Of a DNA stretch of 56,844 nt, positions 30,908-38,059 are shown piece by piece. Both the position numbers and the translations under genes were made by a program. A model generated the notes under the pieces. It searched no databases, was not told the DNA's origin, and saw only the letters and a list, made by a program, of their open reading frames with translations. The DNA comes from Candidatus Limnocylindrales bacterium (GTDB lineage Bacteria > Chloroflexota > Limnocylindria > Limnocylindrales > CSP1-4). The stretch lies in contig DATBOX010000141.1 of assembly GCA_036561685.1 (NCBI GenBank), positions 1 to 56,844 of the forward strand. Reading direction: 5' to 3'. The stretch's first letter is position 1. The number at the start of each line of letters is the position of its first letter.

Positions 30908-33900
30908 GTGGAAGTCGCGCTGCTGGGGCCGCTGCGGATCCGGGACGGACCGGCCGATATCGCGCCCGGCGGGCGCCGCCAGCGCCGCCTGCTGGCACGC
31001 CTGGGTCTGGAGGCCGGGCGGGGCGTGTCGTTCGACGAGCTGGAGAACGCGGTATGGGGCGACGAGCCGCCACCGACCGCCCGTCACACCATCGCCGCCC
31101 ACGTGTCGCGGCTGCGTCACCTGGGGCTGTCGATCCCGGCCGCGGGCGACGGCTACCAGCTCGACACGGCCACCGACGTCCTGGCCCTGGAGCGTCTCGC
31201 GGCCGAAGGGCGGGAAGCGCTGCCCTCCGAGCCGCGCCGGGCGATGGGCCTGTTCCGCGACGCCCTCGCCGGGTGGCGCGGCCGGCCCTTCCCCGACCTG
31301 GACCACGTGCCCCTCGGCCAGATCGAGGTGGCCCGCCTGGAGGAGCTGGTGGAGGGCGTGCGCGAGGACCTCCTGGCGGCCGAACTCGACGACGACGCGC
31401 GCGACGGCGGCCTGGTCGCGGTCGCCCGCGGCCTGACCGCCGAACAACCCTATCGCGAACGTCGCTGGGAGCTGCTGATGCTGGCCCTGTACCGGGCGGG
31501 TCGCCAGGCCGAGGCCCTCGACGTCTATGGCGAATGCCGCCGCCGCCTGGTCGACGATCTGGGCATCGAACCCGGCCCCGGCCTCCGGCGCATGCAGCAG
31601 GCGGTCCTGGCGCAGGACCCTGTCCTTGACCCACCGGTCGCCCGTGGCGCCCCCGCGGACCGTCGTCCTCGCCTGCCCGGCACCTCCACCCGCCTCATCG
31701 GACGGTCCCGGGAGCAGGAGGCCCTGGCGGAGGCCTGGACACGGGCCCGGGTCGTGACCCTGGTCGGCCCTCCCGGCGCGGGCAAGACCCGCTTGGCTGT
31801 CGAGGCGGCCCGGAACGCGGCGACCACGGTGTGGTACGTCGCGCTCGACCAGATGTCCCCGGAACGATCCGTGGCCGCCGCGGTCCTTGACGTGGTGGCT
31901 CCCTCCTCGCTGGCGACCGATCCGCGTCAGGGCGTGATCGAGGAGCTCGCGGACGCCACCGGCCTGCTCGTGCTTGACGGCTGTGAGGCCCGGCCGACAG
32001 ACGCCGCTGCGGAGGTCGACGCGGTCGTGGCGGCGTGCCCGGGGGTCCGCGTGTTGACCACCAGCCGTGAGCGCCTGGGGGTCTTCGATGAGGCGCTCAT
32101 CCCGGTCGGGCCGCTGGCCGAGGCGGAGGCCCTGGACCTGCTGGTCGATCGGGCGAAGCTGGTGGATCCGCACTTCGAGTTGCGGCCCGACGAGCTGGCC
32201 ACGGCCGACAGGCTCTGCGGGCTGGTGGATCGCCTGCCCCTGGGCCTGGAGCTCGTGGCCCGCCACCTCCACCTGCTGCGCCTGGATGAGCTGACGCAGC
32301 GCGTGGAGGTGGACCTGAGCCGGTGGGCCGGAGGGCCAACGCGTGGAAGGACGGGCCTGTGGGCGGCCCTCGACGCGAGTGTCGCTCGCCTTGGCCCCCT
32401 GGAGCGGCGGGCGATGGTGGCCCTCGCCGTCATGGTCGCGGATGCCGATGCGGCCCTCATCGCCGAGATCATCGACCCGGCCGATCCACACCTTGACGTC
32501 TTCGATGCCATCGCCCGCCTCGTGGACGCCAGCCTGGTCCAGGTGCGCAGCGCCGACGGCCCCACCCGCTACGAGCTCCTGCGCACGATCGCGGTCCACA
32601 CGCTGGAGACCGCCGACGCCGCGCTCGTGGCGGCCGCGCGCGGGCACTACCGGGACGCCGTGCTCAGGCGCGCCGCTTCGCTGGTCAGGCGACTGGCCAC
32701 CGCGGATCGCCCGGCCACGTTGCAGCTCCTGGACCGTGAGATGCCGCATGTCCGCGCCGTCCTGGCGACATGTGCCGCGTCGCTCGAGTCCGAGGCCGCC
32801 GTCCATGCGCTCGAGGTCGCGGTCGCCATGACCGAGTACTGGCTGGGCCGTCATCCGGCGGAGGGTCTGGAGTGGCTGCGACGGCTCCAGGCGGCCGCGC
32901 CACCGCTCAGTGCCCTGCGCGCCCAGGCGGCGCTGAGCGGCGCGCATCTCGCCTACTGGCTCACCGATTTCGCGCTGGGGCGCGAGATGGGCGAGGAGGC
33001 CCGTGCCCGGTTCGCGGCGATCGGCGATCCCCTCGGGGAAGGCCGGGCGCTGCGGCGTCTCGGGGCGATGGCCGCCGCCACCGATGACGTCGACGGGGCG
33101 CGCGACTACCTGGAGGCCTCGCTGGCCCGTCTCGACGAGGCCGGCGTCGAGCGCGAGATCGGGACCACCCTGCTCCACCTTGGCTCGCTCCTGGCCGACC
33201 AGGGCCTATCGGACGCCGCACGGCCGCTGCTTGCGCGTGCCCTCGCGATCGCCGTCACATCGGGCGACCCGCTGGCACGTGGCCACGCCCTGGCCGCCCT
33301 GAATCTGACCGACTGGAAAGGCGGCCATCTCGAGATGGCGATGGCCGAGGGCGAGGAGGCCCTGACCATCTTCGCCGAGCTCGGCCACAGGCCGACCGAG
33401 GGGAGCGTCAGCTACCGCCTCGCCGCTGTGGCCCGCGGACTCGGTCGGCGCAAGGCAGCCCGGCGCTTCGCGCACCAGGCGATCGTGGCCGGCGATGCGA
33501 GCAGCACCCGCACGACGGTCGCCTTGGGGCACATCAACCTGGCTCGCCTCGACCTGGATGACGGCGACACGGCGGCAGCCGCCGGGCATCTGCACGAAGC
33601 GCTCCAGGCGCTCGATGCCGTCGAGGACCGGTGGGTCCTGGTCGACGCGCTCGAGACAGCGGCCCGCCTGGCTCTGGCGGCGGGCGCGGACGGGGCCGCG
33701 CCACTGCTGGGGGCGGCGGCGGCGATCCGGGCGGCGATCCACCAGCCCGTGGCCCCGACCGAGTCGGACGATCTCGACGCTGCGCACCGTGAGGTCGGCC
33801 AGATACACGCAAGCGGAGCGGCCACGGGCCCGATCGGCATCGCCGCGGCCCATGCTGATGCGCTCAGCATCGTGAGCGACCTGGCACGGCCGACCGCCGC

Positions 33901-33931
33901 CCCGACGCCGCTGCGGCGCGCCCGGGCCTAG
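30908..33931 (+). CDS. AfsR/SARP-family STAND regulator: OmpR-type wHTH + BTAD + NB-ARC P-loop NTPase + TPR
   Basis: N-terminus VALLGPLRI...RRQRRLLARL...GYQL. BTAD (WRGRPF...YRERRWELLMLALYRAGRQAEALDVY). Walker A GPPGAGKT (nt ~31766-31789), Walker B LLVLDGCE. C-terminal ~350 aa of TPR-like helices. GTG start. Confidence 0.86.
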   Translation: MEVALLGPLRIRDGPADIAPGGRRQRRLLARLGLEAGRGVSFDELENAVWGDEPPPTARHTIAAHVSRLRHLGLSIPAAGDGYQLDTATDVLALERLAAEGREALPSEPRRAMGLFRDALAGWRGRPFPDLDHVPLGQIEVARLEELVEGVREDLLAAELDDDARDGGLVAVARGLTAEQPYRERRWELLMLALYRAGRQAEALDVYGECRRRLVDDLGIEPGPGLRRMQQAVLAQDPVLDPPVARGAPADRRPRLPGTSTRLIGRSREQEALAEAWTRARVVTLVGPPGAGKTRLAVEAARNAATTVWYVALDQMSPERSVAAAVLDVVAPSSLATDPRQGVIEELADATGLLVLDGCEARPTDAAAEVDAVVAACPGVRVLTTSRERLGVFDEALIPVGPLAEAEALDLLVDRAKLVDPHFELRPDELATADRLCGLVDRLPLGLELVARHLHLLRLDELTQRVEVDLSRWAGGPTRGRTGLWAALDASVARLGPLERRAMVALAVMVADADAALIAEIIDPADPHLDVFDAIARLVDASLVQVRSADGPTRYELLRTIAVHTLETADAALVAAARGHYRDAVLRRAASLVRRLATADRPATLQLLDREMPHVRAVLATCAASLESEAAVHALEVAVAMTEYWLGRHPAEGLEWLRRLQAAAPPLSALRAQAALSGAHLAYWLTDFALGREMGEEARARFAAIGDPLGEGRALRRLGAMAAATDDVDGARDYLEASLARLDEAGVEREIGTTLLHLGSLLADQGLSDAARPLLARALAIAVTSGDPLARGHALAALNLTDWKGGHLEMAMAEGEEALTIFAELGHRPTEGSVSYRLAAVARGLGRRKAARRFAHQAIVAGDASSTRTTVALGHINLARLDLDDGDTAAAAGHLHEALQALDAVEDRWVLVDALETAARLALAAGADGAAPLLGAAAAIRAAIHQPVAPTESDDLDAAHREVGQIHASGAATGPIGIAAAHADALSIVSDLARPTAAPTPLRRARA

Positions 33932-33955
33932 CGAACCCGGGGTCGCGGTCGAGCC

Positions 33956-34009
33956 GCGATCGGCCCCACCGTTCTCTGCGATCGATCTGCGATCGGCTCC
34001 CCCGACGCT
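33956..34009 (+). promoter_or_regulatory. Candidate SARP-type operator/promoter: three phased GCGATCG repeats plus a GACGCT -10-like hexamer
   Basis: GCGATCGG 33956, GCGATCGA 33978, GCGATCGG 33989 (start-to-start 22 and 11 nt). GACGCT at 34004-34009 lies 8 nt after the last heptamer. The same layout recurs at 36660-36713. Confidence 0.5.
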
Positions 34010-34013
34010 GGTG

Positions 34014-34036
34014 ACCTGCGGCCGTGATCCGCAGGT
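34014..34036 (+). promoter_or_regulatory. Leader hairpin ACCTGCGG-CCGTGAT-CCGCAGGT in the predicted 5' UTR
   Basis: 8-bp stem with a 7-nt loop. The 21-nt core ACCTGCGGCCGTGATCCGCAG is identical at 40185-40205. Confidence 0.45.
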
Positions 34037-34059
34037 GACCTCAAGCGATCGGAGCCCAG

Positions 34060-35253
34060 ATGACGCGCAGACCCGCGCTGACCGGCCTCACCGCCATCGC
34101 CCTTGTCCTGGCCCTCACCGCCTGTTCCGCGGGTGGCGCGGCGGGACCATCATCCGCGGGCGCCGGGAATGGCTCAGCCGCTGGTGGCGGGGCTCCCGCG
34201 TCCGCCGCGAACGCGGGGGGCGGCGGCTCGGCCGGATGTGGCAATCCGGCCGGGGCCACGGTCGGGGCGGCCGGCGGCGCCTATGCCTCGATGCTCGCCG
34301 GCGTCATCTGCGGCATGCCGAACATCGATCCGTGCGCGTATCTGGACCCGGCCAGCGTGCAGGCGCTCTTCGCGGTCACCCTGGACACGCCCACGACCGA
34401 TCACCTGGGCAATTGCACCTGGCCGCTCACCGACCCCTCCGTGGGCGACGGCCTCGAGGTGATCGTCAACGTGGGCCAAGGTGAGGGTCCTCTCGACGCC
34501 GACATGGGTATCGGCGGCGACGCGACCGCCATCAGCGGCATCGGTGACAAGGCCAGCTGGCAGCTGCTGGCGGGCTACTTCCCGCACCTGGGGGCCGTCA
34601 AGGGCGACACCACGTGCGAGCTGACTGCGGGTGGTGGGAACGCGCAGCTGAAGGTTCCGACCAGCGGCACCGGGCCCCTGGCGGGCATCGACCCATCCGC
34701 TGTGCCCGGCTTCATGACCAAGTTCGGCCAGCTCTGCAACCAGATCTTCGCCGGCCTGGCAAAGGGTGGGCCACCGCCATCGCAGGTCGCGTCGCAGACC
34801 ACGCCGCAGCCCAAGGTGGACCCCTGCTCGGTCCTCGCATCAGCGGATGTCCAGGCGCTCTTCAAAGCCGCCCTCGGCGCGCCCCAGAGCCCTCTTACCG
34901 GCGAGTGCGACTGGGCCCTCAGCGACCCGTCGAAAGGTGACGGCGGCCTGACCCTGCACGTGGACCGCAGCCAGGCCGGCCTGGCGCAGGACATGGTCCT
35001 CGCGCCGAAGATGACGAGCCTCTCGGGCGTCGGCGACAGCGCCGAATGGGGCCTCGCCGTGGGCGTCGATCCGCTCCTGATCGCCACCAAGGGCGCCCAC
35101 GGCTGCGAGCTCGCGGTCACCGGCGATCTGACGCAGCTGAACGTGGCCACCGTGGCGGGCATCTACACCACCATCGACCCCTCCGCACTGCCCGGCTTCA
35201 TCCAGCAGCTCGGCGGCCTCTGCACCAAGGTCTTCGCCGGGCTGGGTTCCTGA
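34060..35253 (+). CDS. Secreted lipoprotein with two tandem DUF3558-like domains
   Basis: Signal peptide and lipobox LALTAC, then a Gly/Ala-rich linker. Two ~145-aa repeats each begin DPC and carry 4 aligned Cys. GGAG 6 nt upstream of the ATG. Confidence 0.75.
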   Translation: MTRRPALTGLTAIALVLALTACSAGGAAGPSSAGAGNGSAAGGGAPASAANAGGGGSAGCGNPAGATVGAAGGAYASMLAGVICGMPNIDPCAYLDPASVQALFAVTLDTPTTDHLGNCTWPLTDPSVGDGLEVIVNVGQGEGPLDADMGIGGDATAISGIGDKASWQLLAGYFPHLGAVKGDTTCELTAGGGNAQLKVPTSGTGPLAGIDPSAVPGFMTKFGQLCNQIFAGLAKGGPPPSQVASQTTPQPKVDPCSVLASADVQALFKAALGAPQSPLTGECDWALSDPSKGDGGLTLHVDRSQAGLAQDMVLAPKMTSLSGVGDSAEWGLAVGVDPLLIATKGAHGCELAVTGDLTQLNVATVAGIYTTIDPSALPGFIQQLGGLCTKVFAGLGS

Positions 35254-35277
35254 GTTCCCGGCCCGGCGCACGGCCGG

Positions 35278-35286
35278 TGCTATCAT
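35278..35286 (+). promoter_or_regulatory. Extended -10-like element TGCTATCAT
   Basis: The only AT-rich hexamer in the 110-nt gap upstream of CDS 35364. No convincing -35. Confidence 0.25.
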
Positions 35287-35363
35287 CCCGGCCACCCGAC
35301 GCGCGTGACCGCGTCGCTCCTCGGTGTGACCCGACTCCTCGATGTGCCCGGATCGAATCGGAC

Positions 35364-35747
35364 ATGGATAGCCCTCCCAGCGAGCCGGCCGGCCAGGCCG
35401 ACCAGCCTGCCGTCGACGCCCCGGCGCCTTCGGTCCCCGGATCGACCGGCCCCGGTGAACAAGTACCGCACGTGGCGACCGCAGCCCAGCTGCGACGCTT
35501 CATCAAGTCCCGCCCGTACGTGCCGCTCCACGAGCTGCGCCGGCGCTTCGAGCTGAACGGCCAGGCCGACGACGTGTGTCCCGTGCGCGTCCCTGAAGGC
35601 GTCGTCTACGTCGGGCTGCCCCAGCGCGAGTCCGATCTGCTGGCCGAGCTCGTGCGCTGCGGCGATGTCGGCCTCGAGTTGTGCCGGGATCCGCTCGTGC
35701 CGATCGTGATGGGCGTCTTCCCGATGCGGCCCGTCGTCCGGAGCTGA
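35364..35747 (+). CDS. Small cytoplasmic hypothetical protein (127 aa, Pro/Ala-rich N-terminus)
   Basis: Strong GC3 bias in this frame, and no signal peptide. The conserved-looking core is AAQLRRFIKSRPYVPLHELRRRFELNG...CPVRVPEGVVYVGLP. I do not recognise the family. Confidence 0.55.
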   Translation: MDSPPSEPAGQADQPAVDAPAPSVPGSTGPGEQVPHVATAAQLRRFIKSRPYVPLHELRRRFELNGQADDVCPVRVPEGVVYVGLPQRESDLLAELVRCGDVGLELCRDPLVPIVMGVFPMRPVVRS

Positions 35748-35914
35748 CGCGGCCAGAACCCAGACGGCATCGATCCAGCCGACGCACGGTGTCCCGTGGC
35801 ACCGGCCAGCACGCGGCCGGTTCGTGCCGTTGACCTGGGGGGTCAGCACATCCTGACCTGGCGGGTTCGTATCTGACCCGATCTGGGCTCCCGCGACCGC
35901 GAATCGTCCGAAGC

Positions 35915-36000
35915 TGACCCGGGAGGACACAGGATGGCGAGATCGGCCGCCGAACGGGGCGCGGAGCCCTGCCCCCGTCCGGTACTGACCTCCCGGGTCA
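35915..36000. repeat. Perfect 12-bp inverted repeat TGACCCGGGAGG / CCTCCCGGGTCA with a 62-nt spacer, within a cluster of TGACC motifs
   Basis: Arms at 35915-35926 and 35989-36000. TGACC also occurs at 35831, 35854 and 35874. GAGATCGGCCGC is repeated at 35939 and 36015. Confidence 0.6.
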
Positions 36001-36030
36001 ACGCAGCCGGGGCTGAGATCGGCCGCATAC

Positions 36031-36606
36031 TCAGTCGACCAGGTCGGCGACCTGGAGGGCGATGCCCTCCAGGGCCAGCAGGCCCCGTTTGATCTCCGGC
36101 CCGTCCGGATCGTCGCCGTAGCCGCCGATGGAACCGTCGCCCGCCACGACGCGGTGGCACGGCACCAGCAGCCAGAACGGGTTGCGGCCCATGGCGGCGC
36201 CCACGGCGCGGGCGGCGCCGGGAGCGCCGATGCGGCGGGCCAGGCGCCCGTAACTGGTCACCCTGCCCCGCCCGATGGTGCGCGCCCCTTCGAGGACGCG
36301 CCGGTCCCAGGCCGTGACACCCGACCAGTCAAGCGGCACGTCCTCGAGGGCCGCCGGCTCGCCGTCCAGCGTCGCCCGGACGGCCGAAACGGCCTGACCG
36401 AGGAGACGGCGAGCTTCGCCCGCGCTGGTGCGGTCGACCAGCCGCACATCCGCCCCGAGCCGGCGACGGAGGACCGGCCGGACCGCCGCCGCCGAGCTGC
36501 GAAGCTCGACCGCGAGCACGCCGCGGGCGGTCGCCACGATCACGACGGGCCCCCACGGGGAGGGCAGTGTCGCCGAGGCTGCGGCGAGTGGTCGGGGGTC
36601 GGCCAT
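36031..36606 (-). CDS. ogt: Methylated-DNA--protein-cysteine methyltransferase
   Basis: Active-site LVPCHRVV motif and the preceding HTH (TSYGRLARRIG). Confidence 0.88.
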   Translation of the reverse strand: MADPRPLAAASATLPSPWGPVVIVATARGVLAVELRSSAAAVRPVLRRRLGADVRLVDRTSAGEARRLLGQAVSAVRATLDGEPAALEDVPLDWSGVTAWDRRVLEGARTIGRGRVTSYGRLARRIGAPGAARAVGAAMGRNPFWLLVPCHRVVAGDGSIGGYGDDPDGPEIKRGLLALEGIALQVADLVD

Positions 36607-36659
36607 CCGGCCATCCTGCCAGAGCGTTGCGCGGCCTGTGCCGGATCCGTTGCCGATCG

Positions 36660-36713
36660 GCGATCGGGGGCGCGCTCCATTGCGATCGATCTGCGATCGG
36701 CCGTGGCGATGCT
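36660..36713 (+). promoter_or_regulatory. Second copy of the candidate SARP-type operator/promoter
   Basis: GCGATCGG 36660, GCGATCGA 36682, GCGATCGG 36693 (22 and 11 nt). GATGCT at 36708-36713 lies 8 nt after the last heptamer, ~50 nt before ATG 36763. Confidence 0.5.
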
Positions 36714-36762
36714 GGTGGGCGTTGGCGACCCGCCATCACGACGCAACGACCTGGAGAACCCG

Positions 36763-37407
36763 ATGCGCACGCGGCCCATCATTCGAACGCTGAGCAGCTT
36801 GCTTCTCCTGCCCCTGCTCATCGGTGCCTGCAGCGGTGCAGGTCCGGCCGCGACGACCACCCCTGGTGCACCCGGGACCAGCCCCGCCTCGGTCGGCGGC
36901 GGTGCGACGGGCCTGCCCGATGGCGGCGCGACGACCGGTCCGGCGGCCAGCGGGCCCGTGCGCGGCCACGTGGGCGACAAGCTCCAGTGGTCGATCGACG
37001 GCACCCCGTATGCGGCGACCCTGGTCAAGGTCTTCGACCCGGCGACGGCGACCGGCTCGTCGGATGCGCCGCAGGCGGGTACCCATTGGGTCGGCGCGGA
37101 GATGACCCTGTCCGACGCCCAGGGGAACCCGGCGGACGACTCGGGCGCCCTGGACGGGACCGGATCCGACGGCCAGCGTTACGGCGCGGCCGGGAGCCCG
37201 AACTCCGGCTACCACCTTGGCACGCACGGTGCGTCCGGCGAGGTCTTCCAAGGCTGCACGGCCGTGCCCGGCGGCGAAGGGGGCCAGCTCGGCACCATCT
37301 GCAGCGCCTTCCTTGTCCCCGACGGCGTGACCGTCATGAGCGTCGGATATGGCGTCGAGGGCGTGGATGTCGGCGGCCCCGATGACGCTATCTGGTCGAT
37401 CCCCTGA
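36763..37407 (+). CDS. Secreted lipoprotein, DUF4352/Mpt63-like, paralogue 1
   Basis: Lipobox LLIGAC. GHVGDKL, ATLVKVFDP and WVGAEMTL blocks, 2 conserved Cys, C-terminal AIWSIP. GGAG upstream of ATG 36763. Confidence 0.75.
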   Translation: MRTRPIIRTLSSLLLLPLLIGACSGAGPAATTTPGAPGTSPASVGGGATGLPDGGATTGPAASGPVRGHVGDKLQWSIDGTPYAATLVKVFDPATATGSSDAPQAGTHWVGAEMTLSDAQGNPADDSGALDGTGSDGQRYGAAGSPNSGYHLGTHGASGEVFQGCTAVPGGEGGQLGTICSAFLVPDGVTVMSVGYGVEGVDVGGPDDAIWSIP

Positions 37408-37445
37408 TGCCCCTGCCATCCACCCCACCAGCGATCGGAGTCGAG

Positions 37446-38057
37446 ATGTCGGTGAGAACCCTCTTTCCCCGCGGCCTTTGTGTCGTGGCCCTGGCGATCG
37501 CCCTGGCGGCCTGTGGCGCCACAGGCGCCTCGGGCACGGGCAGCACGTCGTCGGGCGCGGCCGGTCCTACGCTGGCGCCTGGCGGGACCGTGGTGGCGAC
37601 ACCTGCGGGCAGCGGCGCGGTGACCGGCCACGTGGGCGACAAGCTGACGTATCCCGGGAGCAACGTCGACCTGGGCTTCGATGCGACCCTCGTCAAGGTC
37701 TTTGATCCCGCCACCCCGACCTCCGCCTCCACCGAGGCGTTGCCGTCCGGCGCTCGGTGGGTCGGCATCGAGATCACCATCGACAACCACTCGCCGCAGG
37801 CCGGCAATGACTCCTCGGCCATCGACGGGATGGCCTCCGACGGGACCGCCTTGACCACCGACGATGTCTATCAGGGCTTCTCGCGACCCATCGGCGAGTT
37901 CCAGGGCTGCACCGAGAGCAGCTCGCTCGGCGACACGGACGTGCCATACACGCAATGCGAGGCCTTCGTCGTGCCGGATGGCCAGACCCTGACGAAGGTC
38001 GGCTTCCACATCAACCAGCTGGGGGAAACCGATCAGGCCACCTGGACGGTGCCCTGA
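37446..38057 (+). CDS. Secreted lipoprotein, DUF4352/Mpt63-like, paralogue 2
   Basis: Lipobox ALAAC. GHVGDKL, ATLVKVFDP and WVGIEITIDNHS blocks, C-terminal ATWTVP. GATCGGAG upstream of ATG 37446. Confidence 0.78.
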   Translation: MSVRTLFPRGLCVVALAIALAACGATGASGTGSTSSGAAGPTLAPGGTVVATPAGSGAVTGHVGDKLTYPGSNVDLGFDATLVKVFDPATPTSASTEALPSGARWVGIEITIDNHSPQAGNDSSAIDGMASDGTALTTDDVYQGFSRPIGEFQGCTESSSLGDTDVPYTQCEAFVVPDGQTLTKVGFHINQLGETDQATWTVP

Positions 38058-38059
38058 TC

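Noticed and set aside
33010-33030. GCGATCGGCGATCC inside the SARP gene, and isolated GCGATCG heptamers in other genes, considered as additional operator sites
   Set aside because: These are single or unphased copies within coding sequence, at roughly the frequency expected by composition. Only the two intergenic triplets share spacing and flanks.
30851-33178. 775-aa ORF antisense to the SARP regulator gene
   Set aside because: The translation is Arg/Gly/Pro-rich with no recognisable motifs. The opposite strand carries clear wHTH/BTAD/P-loop/TPR motifs. It is a typical stop-poor shadow ORF of very GC-rich DNA.
35934-36092. 52-codon ORF with an ideal GGGAGG-N7-ATG start in the convergent gap
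   Set aside because: GC3 bias holds for only ~30 codons. The ORF then runs antisense into ogt, and the product (MARSAAERGAEPCPRP...) has no recognisable features. The GGGAGG is also one arm of the 12-bp inverted repeat. I kept it as part of the structured-region finding rather than calling a gene.
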